From the human T2T-CHM13v2.0 reference genome, Homo sapiens, in NCBI RefSeq assembly GCF_009914755.1, contig NC_060925.1: DNA of 64,000 nucleotides, one strand, 5' to 3'. The position numbers and the translations under genes were made by a program. This document shows positions 28,310 through 47,701 of the stretch, piece after piece; position 1 is the first letter of the stretch; the number at the start of each line of letters is the position of its first letter. The notes below the pieces were generated by a model that saw only the letters and a program-made list of their open reading frames with translations, was not told where the DNA came from and searched no databases.

Positions 28310-30025
28310 TTAGCTGCTAATTCTTAATAGGCAGTATTTCCTTTCCCTTGGTGTATATATAAGATAATCCTTGCATTTATGTATTATTTTACCCCCCAGA
28401 ACTCTGGAGGTGAGAACGAGTGAGCCTCATGATGAGATTATTGTGGGAACTTTCCTGAGCAAAAGAAAAAAACCAGGTTATTTCCCTGAGTCAGTGGTGC
28501 AATTTTTAATCCTACAATGACAAGAATGTTAGAAAGTCACGTGGAAAAGCTTTGAATGTGTGATACCCTCAGGTGTGGTCACCAGAGAAAACTTTAGACC
28601 TTTGAATCTTGAAGTCATTTTACGAACAGCAAATTGATAAAGTTCAATCTGTTTTTGCTTAGTGTGTACAGCAGTTAGCACGCAGGCCATTTGATGGTCC
28701 TGACTTTTTGCCTGTAAATATAATATTAGAAACTTGTGCTTCAAATAGATGGTGGGTGTTGATGCCAGATACAGTGGGAAAATGAGGTCTGACTATATAT
28801 AATATAATATAGAATACATATTGTTTGCACCCACAGATTTTGTGTTAGCAAGACCTGCCTAAGAATCCCATGAGATCGATCCTTACGGGCACATGTTCTC
28901 CCAGGAAGCATCACGTCTTCCAGTCTCTGTTCTATTTATTTTGTTGCCTAGATTTCATATACTCACAGTTAAAGTGGGTAAAGATGTCAGATGTTGTTCC
29001 TTCCTTATTTGCTGATCAGAACCTCCAGCTCTTGGCTGGTTTGTTATGTCATAAATACTGCTTAGACACACACCTTACATGCAGGGTGTTCAGTCCTTGG
29101 AGCCTAAATCTAAGCACACAGACCTGGAGCTTTCCATTTTGGGGATATTGTTTCCTCAGTCAGTAATCAGGGAGGTCAGAATTCAGAGCTTTAGGCTTCG
29201 AATCTTAGGCAAAACCCAGCAAGAGTTTTGAAAGGACCATAGATTACTCTTAACTGACATGGCATCCCTGAGACTAATCTGCATTTGGATACACCAAGCT
29301 TTGTGAAGACCATAAAAGCCTCTATTGCTTTCACAATTAGTTTGCCACTCTTCTTTCAGAGCTAGAAGCCAAGAGCAAAATGGGCATTAGATTACTCGAA
29401 GATTTAGTGTATTAGGTACTCCAGTGCCAGGCATACACTGTAAATGGATTAAAGAAACTTCAGGATACACTCCACCCTTATCTTTACTAGTTTAATTTGC
29501 TCCTCTATAGAGAGTACATTTAATAGATAATTGCCTCTATTCTCCTCCCCCAGTCCCTTGGAAATAGCATGCTTTCTTCCTGCAGCAGCTAATGAATTAT
29601 CTTTATTAGTAATAAAGAATTCTGCCTTTTCATTCTTATAACTCATCTGAAATGCAATATATTTGAACACTAACATTCAGGCTCAAATTGATCTTTAGTG
29701 GAAGCATATGATAGAAAAAAAGATCCAAGAGAAATAGAATCTGTTGGTAATTCAGACTTTTGGTTTAATGCCAGGACTTACAGAAATTTTGGGTTTCTCA
29801 GGGGATGATAAAATTATAAAATTATTTGAAATCAATAAATAATATAGTACTTATGTATTTTTCATATGAGAAACTTCACTCCTACTAGAATAGGTGAAAG
29901 ATTTCATGTTGAAGTCAGACAAGAAAACTCATCCATACTGGCACCAGTTGGAATTAACCAGTGTTAAGATATTAGCATGTTGGCTTTTGGTTTTTTTATC
30001 ATATCTTAAAAAAATTGCACAAGTT

Positions 30026-30374
<349 letters not shown>

Positions 30375-31126
30375 TTAAAAACTAGAATGTTATGGTTAGA
30401 AACAAACTCTTACTTTGACCCCTATCATAATCCATATTGACTCAACCTCCAAGCAGAACCAATCGCTATTATCAGGGTTCTTTTATATACTTTCACCCCC
30501 ACACACTCACACACATATAGCCACAGAAAATACTCTCTTTCTGGGGTTTCATACACATTGGTACACGTTATTTGACAGCTTACTTGTTTACTCAATGTTA
30601 TTTTTGGAACTATATATATAGATACCTATAAATATAGTTCATTCTTATAACTACTGAATAATCATCCATGTGATTTCAATTCATTTGCTCACTTATTTAC
30701 TCATTCCCCTGTTGAATTATGTGGTTACTTTCTACCTTCCTCCTTTCCTCTCTTATAAAGAATGCTGTAATACTCATCTTTACATATTTCCATATCCACA
30801 CATATTTAACCTAGAGACTGAAAAGAATCTCTGAGAAATAGAGCATGTATATTTTCACATTTAATAAATGCAATCAAATTGCCCTCTGCAATGGTTGTAG
30901 TGATTTCCATCAGCAACTTACCTGAACTTCATTTTGACCTCTCAACAATATGTAATACTGTTAGATCTTAAAATGTTGGCTGATCCAATGGGTGAAAAAT
31001 GGCATAGCATTATTTTAATTTGTACTTTCCTGATTACTGGTGACTTTTATCATCTTTTCATATGTTTGTTGGTATTTGGATTCTGTAAATTGCCCCTTTA
31101 TATATTTTCCATAAGTTTTCTATTGA

Positions 31127-31324
<198 letters not shown>

Positions 31325-31935
31325 TAATTTTTTTATATTTTTGGTAGAGTCAGGGTTTCACCATGTTGGCCAGGCTGGTCTCCAACTCCTGACCACAAGT
31401 GATCCACCCCCGTCGGCCTCCCAAAGGGCTGGGATTACAGGCGCCTGGCCTGGTATCATATCATTAAAAGTAACACTCCATTATATATGTTCTTCATCCT
31501 ACATGTTGTCTCATCTTTGTATATGCTGTTTCTGATTAAGTAGAAGTTTAAAATTTTGATATAGCCACATTTATGACTTTCTATTCTATTGTTCTTATCT
31601 TGGGCTAATACAATTATTTTCTTTGTAACCCAAGGTCATAAACTTTTTGACTCAAACAGTTTACTTTTTCCATAGTTTTGTATATAATTTATTGAGTTTA
31701 TTTTATATTCCACATTTTTTTCCAATTTTGTTTTTTCCATAGTGATAACTGTCTCCCTACCATTTGATTAATAGTGTACATTATCTCTCACTGATTTGTG
31801 ATGCTTCCCTATCATACAACTATACTTCTATTTATGCTTCTGTCTGTATCTGGGCTTTTTGTCTGTTGCATTTACCTCATTTACCTATTCATGTATTTCT
31901 AGGCTAATTTCACTCTTCTAAAATTACTGTAGCTT

Positions 31936-35127
<3,192 letters not shown>

Positions 35128-36477
35128 TAAAATTACTATAGCTTTAACAAACATCTTGCTAAATGGTAGATTAAGTGGCCCTGTCTTGTCTATTTTATTT
35201 TTTTGTCCCATTTATTGTTTTGCATTTATGCTTCCATATAAATGTAGAATCAATTTGAAAAGTTCTACAGATAATTTTAAGATTTTGATACTGCATTGAA
35301 TTTATAAATTCATTTATAAATAATCAATATGTATATAATATTGAAAATTCCCACTATTTATTATTTATGCCCTCCAACAAGATTCCTTGTTTTCTTTATG
35401 AAGTTCTTCCACTTTTTCTAACTTTATTCTTAACTACTTTTCAATTTTTGAAACTAATTTCAATGGCATGTTTTGTACCTCATTTTTCTTATAAATCATT
35501 GTTATTTACAAATGCGTTCAGTTTTGTATGTGGATCCTCCCATCAGCAATGTATCTAAGATAAATATGTGTTACCTGCTGAAATCTCTTATGAATTCTAA
35601 TAATTTGCTCATTGACATTTTTAAATTTTCTATGTGAAAGTGCTAACAGTCCCTCCCTACTTTGTATTTCTATGTTTTCTTTCTTCTGAGGATATTCTAC
35701 ATTCTTGTGAATTGAGTTACGCATTTAAAATACTTTTAAAAAATGTTACCCAGCATTTCTAGGTACTTCAGAAGAAGTTGTAGTTATGTGCTCTACCTGA
35801 ATGCTCTGAATTACATTCCAGAAATTTATTCATTTTGCCCAGATATTAGAATTGTTATTTCTCTTTTTCTAAAAAATACTCCCAAACCTTATTTATCTCT
35901 ATTTAAAACAATCATCTCTCTTTTCCTGTTTTTGTTGGAAACAAACTCAAATTGTCACAAATAAACACAAAGAACTTTTTCTCCATCATCTGAGGGTAAT
36001 TTGTTGACATGAAACTTCATTACTCCCAAATAATTTAGTATGTATTTCTTACAAACAAGAACATTCTTTTACATATCAACAATCAAATCATAAACATTAG
36101 GACATTATCACTGATTTGTTATTACAATCTATTCCACAACACCCATCAACCTTTGCAAATTGCCCCTCAATGTGCTTTATAGAAAAAGGATCCAGTCCAG
36201 AATCATGCATTGCATTGAGTTGTGTTGCTTTGGTCTCCTTCAATTTGGAACAGTTCCTCAGCATTCTCTTGATGTTTTTGGACCTTGATATATTTGAAGG
36301 TTACAGGTCAGTAATTTGTAGAATGTTCTTCAATTTGAGTTTGATGTTTCCACATGATTAGATTCAGGGGTGCATCTTTCTCAGGAATATCATAGAAATG
36401 ATGCTGTGTTCTTCTATTGCAACCTAACAGATGGGCACTTCATTTTGATTTGTCCTGTTGGGATTTGATTAAGGGAG

Positions 36478-37053
36478 TGTGATGGTCAATTTTATGTGTC
36501 AACTTGGCTGGGCTAAGGGATGCCCCAATAGCTGGTAAAACATTATTTCTGAGTGTGTCTCTGAGGATGTTTCTAGAAGACATTAGCATTTGAATCAGTG
36601 GACTGAGTAAGGAGAATCCACTTTCACCAATGTGGGTGGTCCTTATCCAATCCATTGAGGACTGGAATAGAACAGATATACCAAGGAAGGGTGAATGCTC
36701 TCTTCCTTCCTGAGATGAGACATTCATTTTCTCTTACCCTCGATACTGGAGCTCCTGGTTCTCAGGGCCTTGGACTCTGGGGCTTTCACTAGCATGCTTC
36801 CACTCTCACCTGCTGGTTTCCAGGTCTTCAGCCTTGAATTGTTGGCTCCTCTGGTTCTCAGGCCTTCAAGCTCAGAATGGATTACAGCACTGACCTTCCT
36901 GATTCTCCAGCTTGCAATGGCATATAGCATAGGACTTCTTGGCCTCTGTTAGCTCATGAGCCAATTGCTGTAATAGATCTCCTCTCCTATATTGAGATAT
37001 ATGGGTTCTCCAGAGAAACAGCCCAGTAGGATGTCTAGATATGTGAGACTAAT
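36478..37053 (+). mobile_element. MLT2 (ERVL) LTR with rearranged 3' end
   Basis: tgtgatggtcaattttatgtgtcaacttggctgggctaagggatgcccc...; the terminal segment is inverted (see findings). Confidence 0.8.
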
Positions 37054-37129
37054 GCGGGTGATGTCTGCCAGAGAAACAGCCCAATACGATGTCTAGATAT
37101 GTGAGACTAATGTGGGTGGTGTCTGCCAG
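37010..37129. repeat. 58-bp tandem duplication
   Basis: ccagagaaacagcccagtaggatgtctagatatgtgagactaatgcgggtgatgtctg is repeated at 37068 with about 4 substitutions. Confidence 0.9.
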
Positions 37130-37200
37130 GCTTATACATTGTAAAGTAATTAATTTTCTTTTTGTAATTAATACTATTTTGTGGGGAGGTGCTTTGAGAG

Positions 37201-37577
37201 TGATATGGTTTGGCTCTGTGTCCCCACCCAAAACTCATCTTGAATTGTAATTCAAACTGTAATTCCCAGGTGTTGAGGGTGGGTCCTGGTGGGCGGTAAC
37301 TGGATCATAGGGGTGGTTCCCCCATGCTGTTCTCGTGATAGTGAGTGAATTCTCATGAGATCTAATGGTTTTCTAAATGGCAGTTATGCCTGCTCACTTC
37401 TCTCCTGCCTCCTTGTGAAGAAGGTGCCTGGTTCCCCTTCTTCCATGATGATAAGTTTCCTGAGGCCTCCCCAGCCATGTGGAACTGTGAGTCAACTCAA
37501 TGTCCTTTGTTTATAAATTACCCAGTCTCAGGTAGTATCTTTATAGCAGTGTGAAAATGGACTAATGGACAAATACA
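37201..37577 (+). mobile_element. THE1 (THE1D-like) MaLR LTR
   Basis: tgatatggtttggctctgtgtccccaccca...aattacccagtctcaggtagtatctttatagcagtgtgaaaatggactaat. Confidence 0.88.
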
Positions 37578-37657
37578 GAGAACATGTAAATATTGCATTC
37601 CTTATCAAACTTTCCCTTTATGGATTCATTCAATTTGTATTAATTTATACTCAATGA

Positions 37658-37876
<219 letters not shown>

Positions 37877-39259
37877 TGAACTCCTGACCTCAGATGATCC
37901 TCCAGCCTCGGCCTCCCAAAGTGCTAGGATTACAGGTGTGAGCCACCACACCCAGCCTCAATGATTGCTATTTCATTCACTAGGTTTTTATTTGTTCATT
38001 AGGGAATCTGTTATTACTATTAATTTTGATGCTCAAACTGGCCAGTGAGACTGCCTTTAAGCTCAGTTCTGTGTCCTTTTTACATGTCCCCAAAATTCTG
38101 TGTTATGTCCTTACTTTCTGGTACAGTCAGATGTTTCAGCTTCATCTTTCCTGCCCCAGTCCTGGAACTGACCATTTTCTGTAGGTAGCCCTGGATCCTT
38201 TTGGTGAGTAGTGCCATTTAGAATCCATGACTTTGGTCCTTGTTTTTTTCATTACTACTGGGATGTGTCTTTCTCAGTGGACATAGCGAGAGAATTTGAT
38301 TAAGTGTGTGTATTTACACATTACATCTATATTTCTAATCCATCTCTATATATTAAAAATATACAAGCTCATACTGATATCTCCAATTCTAATGAAATGT
38401 TCCAGGATTCTTTCTAGTTTTCTCCTTCTCTGTTCTTTCCCCTTCCTCCGTCCCTCCCTCCCTCTCTCTCTGTCTCTATCAGTCTCTCTCTTTCTTCCTT
38501 CCCTTCCTTCCTTCCCTTCCCCTTCCTTTCTTCTTTCCCTCCCTGCCTCCCTCCCTCCGTCCCTCCTTCCTTCCTTCCCTCCCTCCCTCCTTCCTTCTGT
38601 CTGTCTCTCTCTCTTTCTTTTTATGATGGAGTCTTGCTCTGTCATCCAGGCTGGAGTGCAGTGGTGCAATGTTGGCTCACTGCAACCTCCGCTTCTCTGG
38701 TTCAAATGATTCTAGTAGCTCAGCCTCCCAAGTGGTAGGAATTACAGGTACACACTACCACACCCAGCTAATTTTTGTATTTTTAGTAGAGACAAGGTTT
38801 CGCCATGTTGGCCAGGCTGGTCTCGAACTCATGTGATCCGCCCCTCTCAACCTCCTAAAGAGTTGGGATTAGAGTGTGAGCCACCGCACCTGGCCCCTCT
38901 CCATATTTCTAAACTCCTTCTCCAACAGGGAGAAGGCTGGCTGCCATTACCCTTAATATATTTACTGACTGAATCCTGCACGGTACTCTTTTCACTGCCT
39001 TTGCCCTTTCCTTTCTTTTCTCCTCCCTCCTTTAACCTGTGTTGATGTCTTTCTCACCTCTTTTGGGCTACGCCACCCTGCTTACCCCTCTCCCTCGGCA
39101 TGAATGTCCTCCTCACCTGCCTTGAGCTGGGTCATTTCCTACGTGGAAGCTCTCTTCTCCCGTCTTGGGCTGTGATATCTCATGCCAGCCCTCTCACTGA
39201 GTAGATACTATCTTTAACCTGCTCAGGCCTCTAGACCCCCTGATGGGCCTTCCTCCTAA

Positions 39260-39585
<326 letters not shown>

Positions 39586-39989
39586 TGAGTCACCGTGCCC
39601 GGCCCCCACCACCAACCTTCTCTGGCTCTGACACCCTGTGCCCCCTCCTCTGGGATGTCCCCTGGATGGAGGCCCTCTTCCCTCTGCTCAGTCTCCAGAA
39701 ACCTGTACCTCAGGCTCTGGCAATGTCCTCCTCAGTCTGCTTGGTTTCTGATGCCCTAGCTGTCTCTGGGTTATTGCAGAAGGTGAGCCTCCTTGTGGAC
39801 CCTCTTCTTGCCCTGCTCAGCCTTCGATAGGCCATATCAGGCTGCCTCCCTATGGGGACACCTCCTCACCCTTCGTGGTCTCTGACACCTCATGCAGCCT
39901 CTGTGGCTCTCCCCGCAACACCTGCCTTGTTCAGCCCCAGCTACCGGCTTGTGGTTTGAATTATTCAAGAAGGAAAGAAAAAGAAAAAG

Positions 39990-41208
<1,219 letters not shown>

Positions 41209-43231
41209 AATTCTTTTCTTTTTAGAAAAATCCTTTATTAAAACATGAAAATAATCTGAATAAATTCAAGCTATTGGTTTTAGTCTCTATTGCTTCATTA
41301 TTAACAAATGCATATATAAAATACCTAGTAACCACAACACTGGACATTTTGAATCATGCATTAGAATGTTTGTACTCTAAAATCAGAGTTAAGGGCCTGC
41401 CACTATTGCTTGCACTTTCAATCAGACCCAGTTTGAATTTAATAAGCATGTAAAATAAACTCCTTGATTCAGAGGAATTCTGGGAAATAACAAGGATCCA
41501 TGCAAGTTTCAACTCAAAAGTTGGGTTAATAATTGCTTAGAAATGCAGGCAGAAACTCCACATCTATCACAATGCTGCTTCAGAACAGGGATAAGAGTCA
41601 TACACAAAAATGTTAAAATTAGGACCATTAATCAGTTTTAAAAGGCTTATATGCAAATCCTGGTCCATCTGATTAGAGAATGATGTACAAACTCTGGGAA
41701 AAGAAAGAGAATTGAGGGATGTACAGTCTTAAGGAGCTGTTAATTTTCTTGGTGATTTACTGACAACTATAACAGGAGAGCATAGGTGGTTTAGGGGGAT
41801 GGTTAAGATGCTCTTAGGCAGAATGGTTTCTTTTCTGATTCATGCTAATAAGCATTACCTGCATAGCTCCCTAGGGAAAAAATGATAAAGAGCAGGGCTA
41901 ATACAATGTAAACTCAAGCTATCAATAACCTCAAATTTAGCACAGCCCTCTGCTTTTTAAAACTGTTCACCAAGGGATCCTTCCAAATAGGATATAATTA
42001 ATAGCCAACAATGTTCATTAATAAACTAGAAGAAATCTGCTTGAACCAACAGCACCGTGAGAATGTAAGCTCCTGGAGGCCAAGAATCTCTTCATATTTT
42101 TGCATATCACAGACACATGAAGAGTCAACATGAGACCACAGTAACTTTGAAAAGTAATTAACTGTATACTTTCAAGACTATGAAAAACTCATAGTATATT
42201 TTAGCATTTAGACGTATTAACATGGCTGTTAAGGGTAATCTTTAATTGTTCCAAGTAACTGAACTGCTGACATCATTGTAATATGTAGTGCTGTCCCCAG
42301 ATAGCGCAGATGTCTGAATATTGCTTGGTTATTCCAATGTCTCTAAGACCAACTGACAGCATAGGACATTTCGAGAGGAGCTATAATCAACTTAACACAG
42401 CCTTTTCCCTGTGTGTCAGTTGTCATGTAAGAATTAAATATTCAAGAGGCACTATTTCTTAGATCTACATCACTTATCTTTTTGTTTTTTCCCTGGGAAA
42501 ACAAGGAAATGTAGATCCAGTCTTTTCAGGGATAGTCAAGGTGCTAACAGGCCAAGATAGACATCAGGTGAAAGGGAGTGAAGTCACCCTAGTTCCACTA
42601 TTATATTCTGATGTGAGCTGTGTGATTCCTCAGATCAAGAAAGAAACTAGTTTGCTGGGTTCTCCTTGATAAAGAATAAGCGGTCACAGGGCATAGACAC
42701 GTCTATGTTAAACAAGGTTTCACACCCCGCCCACCCAAACATATTCACTGGCTATTCCTTTCAATCCTTCTGCTTTGCATCTTTAAATCTTAACTCCCTA
42801 ATCATAAGCATGAGAGAAATCCGGCTTATCCATGTTCTTGGGAGTTTTTTTAAAACATTAAACTCACAAACTTCTCTCCCTTTAAAAAAAAAATGTACCC
42901 AGGAAACCAATGGAGAAAGATGAGGAGACAAAGCAGAAAGTACAGCGTTCTACAAAATAAATGCCTGTTGCTGAAACATTGTAAGCAAAAAACCCACAGA
43001 GCAGCTTCAGTGGGGCCTTGGTACATTTGTTCCCAGGTTAAGCACTATAAAGGTTTAATTTCAACAGCTCTAACCCTCTGATTTAGGAAACAAACAGGAC
43101 CTTTAACCTTTAACTTACATAAAAGTTGATTATTTCTCACACAAAGATAAATTCATATACATTCATACTGTTCTAAAAGAAAGTACCTTTCATACGCTCT
43201 TTAACCAGAACATTTTTTCCTTTTGTGCAGC

Positions 43232-43494
43232 TTTTTTTTTGAGGCTGGAGTACAGTGGTGTGATCCGGATCACTGCAACTCCGCCTCCCAGGTCCAAGCG
43301 ATTCTCCTGCCTCAGCCTCCCGAGTAGCTGGGACTACAGGCATGTGCCATCACACCCAGCCAACCCTTGTACCTTTAGTAGAGACGGCGCTTCACCATGC
43401 CGGCCAGGATGGTCTTGATCTCTTGACCTTGTGATCTGCCCACCTCGGCCTCCCAAAGTGCTGGGATTACAGGCATGAGCCATCACACCTGGCC
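43232..43494 (-). mobile_element. AluSc-like inside the Cyrano retrocopy, with clustered T>C changes
   Basis: ggatggtcttgatctcttgacc Sc diagnostics; the linker reads ccaacccttgtaccttt instead of ctaatttttgtattttt. Confidence 0.92.
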
Positions 43495-44487
43495 TTTGTG
43501 CAAGTCTTGATTGCAGAGCCCTACAAACTCAAGTAGTATCACTTATTCTATTGTACAACCTTGCTAATGCAGATTACTATACATGCACAAACTTATTGCT
43601 ACTAAAATTCTACCTCTTGAAAATTACTATTCATTTTATGGCTTTTTTTTTTTTTTTGCAACAGGAAATATCCTTTCCTATATACTGTGCTATTCTGTAT
43701 TCATTAGCTTTTCAGTTTTTTTTTTTTAATTTTTTTAATTTAAATGCTTTTCAGTAATGGATTCTCCCAGGAACTAAACTACATAAGCCAAGAGTATAAC
43801 TACACCAAATACACTACGAGAATCTAAACTTGAGTCTCTGGAGACCTGCTGCCAGAGTCTACTTGTTCTAACCTGTGTATGCACAAGATACATCACATTA
43901 TAATAGTTTTGCATGTGCTATCATGCATCAGTTATGTAGAATCTGTGTCAGCAAATGCTGGACTCTATCTAATACTGAAATTTAAAAATCACCTCAGAAA
44001 ACTGCCACTTCTGAGTTCTCAAGGCAGCTTTTAGAGGTAGGAATTCCTTCTCTACAGAAAGCTATCTTATTCTTTCAGAGCAAAACAACTGTTTCATTTC
44101 CACAAGTAAAGTAGATAAAAGTGAAAGCTGTCCGAGGCTTACTATACCCAAGAGAAAGAGTCTACTTATTATGTAGCAACCTAGGTAGGTGCCACCCAGC
44201 TACATTTCCAGTTCTCATGAAAAGGTCTGAAAATCCCATCAATAGACAATTCGGCGCATTTGGAAACAGGAAGAGCCCTAACAAATAATCGAATACTCCA
44301 AATTACTGAGTGTTTGCACACAGCATGCTGCAAACAGGAAATGTAAATGGTTTGCAGATTAGAAAAGCACTCACTGAAGCAATTAACAGCATCTCCATAA
44401 GACATGCAAAATGTAATTTCTTGACATACAAGGAGTAGGAAAAGAATGAACCTAGAAGACGTGTCATGTTAAGACATGAAAAGAGCA

Positions 44488-44736
44488 GGCCGGGTGGATT
44501 ACTTGAGGTCAGGAGTTTGAGACCAGCCTGACCAACACGGTGAAACCCCATCTCCAATAAAAATACAAAAATTAGCTGGGCATGGTGGCGCATGCCTGCA
44601 GTCCCACCTACTCGGGAGGCCGAGGGACGAGAATCACCTGAACCCAAGAGGCAGAGGTTGCAGTAAGCCGAGACTGTGCCACTGCACTCCAGCCTGGGTG
44701 AGAGAGTGAGACTCCATCTCCCCACCCCCGAAAAAA
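44488..44736 (+). mobile_element. AluS inside the Cyrano retrocopy (about 50-bp left-arm deletion), inverted relative to 43232-43494
   Basis: TSD aaaagagca. Confidence 0.92.
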
Positions 44737-45103
44737 GAGCAAAGCAGAATAATTAAATGGGGTCTCATTTTGACTTGAGGTTTCATAAGACACAAAGACA
44801 GCTGGTTTCCAGACACCTTATGGAAAGCTGAAATGTCCTCAAACATAGTATCTCAGATTTTGACCCCATATTTCTATTCATAAATGAGTCTTTTGGGCCT
44901 TAACCTCTTTTCCCCAGGGAGAATATAACATATTTAGACATTATGGAAAAAGAAAAGTTTTAGATTTTCCACTCTTTTTACACTGTTATTATCAATAATT
45001 CATCCTGAAGTTTAAAATCACTAGGCTCATGCACTAACCCCTAACATGGCACTACAATATGCTACCAAGCACTAATGCTTACAAAACTATACATATCTTA
45101 AAG

Positions 45104-45129
45104 TGGAAGACATTGGTGATTTTGTTGTT
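45104..45129 (-). promoter_or_regulatory. Extended miR-7 complementary site (Cyrano TDMD trigger sequence)
   Basis: Minus strand AACAACAAAATCACCAATGTCTTCCA: 8mer seed match to miR-7 (UGGAAGACUAGUGAUUUUGUUGUU), central internal loop, then extensive 3' pairing. Confidence 0.93.
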
Positions 45130-46426
45130 CTTAAACAACTTTTAACATTTGTCCACAAGTATTAAAATACACATATATATATACATTTCTATTGCACATA
45201 TCCTGTTTTTGTTTAACTTTTCAAAAGAAAAACTGCCAGCTAACATGGATGAGCAAGGGAAGGGAAGGAAGCATGGCTACAAATCGACGTACAGTCCTGC
45301 CTAAAATTATAGCTTTTCCTATCAAAGGGACCAAAATAGACAAGAAAAAAATGTAGATGTATTAAGTAAACACTGGGCAACTACAGCTGCAATATATCCA
45401 TTTTGTTAAAGGCATCTGATCTGAACCATGGAAGATACAGAAACAATTTCAAGAGCATTAAACACTGGTTCTCTCAACTGTGGAATGAAAAAAATATAAA
45501 GTATATACACTGAGTCTGATAGCTATTTAAACAAGTGGGCCAGAGCCGGTTTCAATGGTGCCAAAAGTACAGGTACTCTACCACCCGTCAAATGATCCTA
45601 CCAAAAAAGATGCCAGAAGTACACACAGAAGATGGGTTAACAGACACCTGGAAGGTACAAATTCTCCATGATATGACATTTTCAACATACTAGTGGAACC
45701 CATATATGTAGGCTCCATTCTGTCTTGAACAATTCCAAAATATTAAAGAAAAACATCAGGAAGTAGGTAGATTACTTAGAGAAAAATTTGAGTTACTTTT
45801 AAGCAAAGATTTTTACTGTGCTTTTATCACTCACTCAGTAGTTGCCCTCAAAAAAAGAAATATTTTATATATAATATGTAATTATTTTACTAAAAGTATT
45901 TTTTACCCATTTCAAATGGGTTGATTGACCAATCTCACTAATAGTAAGAGTGCTCAACATTTCCAATTTTGGGCCATTTTTATCACTCTCAAATTTTGGT
46001 GAATCTTCGCTATTCCTAGCATCATAGCATTGATGGACCTGAGTAAACATTCCGGAAAACACAGAGATGTTCCAAAACTCTCTGTTCTTAATTTCATCTA
46101 GTTTCAAAATTTATTCTCTACTCACAAAGAAGCATAAAGGTTTCACTCTTACATAAAGACCTGACAGTACACACAATGGTCCTCTGCTGATTTGGAAGCA
46201 AGGACAGTTTTCTACGACAGTCTGTTCTTTATAACTGTTGTGGGAAAAAAAATCAATTTCTTATTGTAATTATTTTTCTTGTTTGAAGTTTCTTTTCCAC
46301 GATGACCCAACCGCAAGTTTGGGAACATTGCTTCTGAGGCCCATGCTCTGATGAGAAAGTCCAGTCCCAACTGGGGACAGTACCTGAGTCCCAGCCTTTT
46401 CAGCCTAACATTATACCTAATATCTA

Positions 46427-47212
<786 letters not shown>

Positions 47213-47701
47213 TAGTATCTTTCACGTTAAATTAGAAACACATATTTGGAATTTACTGCTGCAGCCTCAGCTGTGCTTATCATGGTAGTGGCTGAAAGTG
47301 GAAGACTTTTTTTTAAACCCTGAAGTCATCCATACTTGCTACTTCTTTAGTCTTCTTGCTTGGAATGAAAAGTATTCACAAATACCACCACCTAAGCACC
47401 TGTTTCAAATGAAACTCAGCCCTCAGCTTGAAAAATGATGTCTTTATAATTAAGCAAACAGCAGAAGACCCATGCGAGTTGCTTCTTTCTCCCTGGAGAT
47501 GTTGGCAGGATAACTGGAATCCTAGGAGCTCCTCTGTGTTCAACTTCAGAGGCAGAACAAAAAGGAAAGTGGCCTTTTCCATTCCAAATCACGGAGGTAA
47601 TGTGTAGAGAAGTGATAGCCACATTTCAAGCATAGGGAAAGTAACTTGGTAAAAGAAGCAGGACTACCCACTCTAGGAGACAACATAGAGACACTTGCCA
47701 A

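Noticed and set aside
45104-45129. Plus strand reads almost like mature miR-7 (tggaagacattggtgattttgttgtt), so it could be a miR-7 gene
   Set aside because: No complementary star arm or hairpin is visible nearby, and the central mismatch pattern is that of the Cyrano target site read in antisense.
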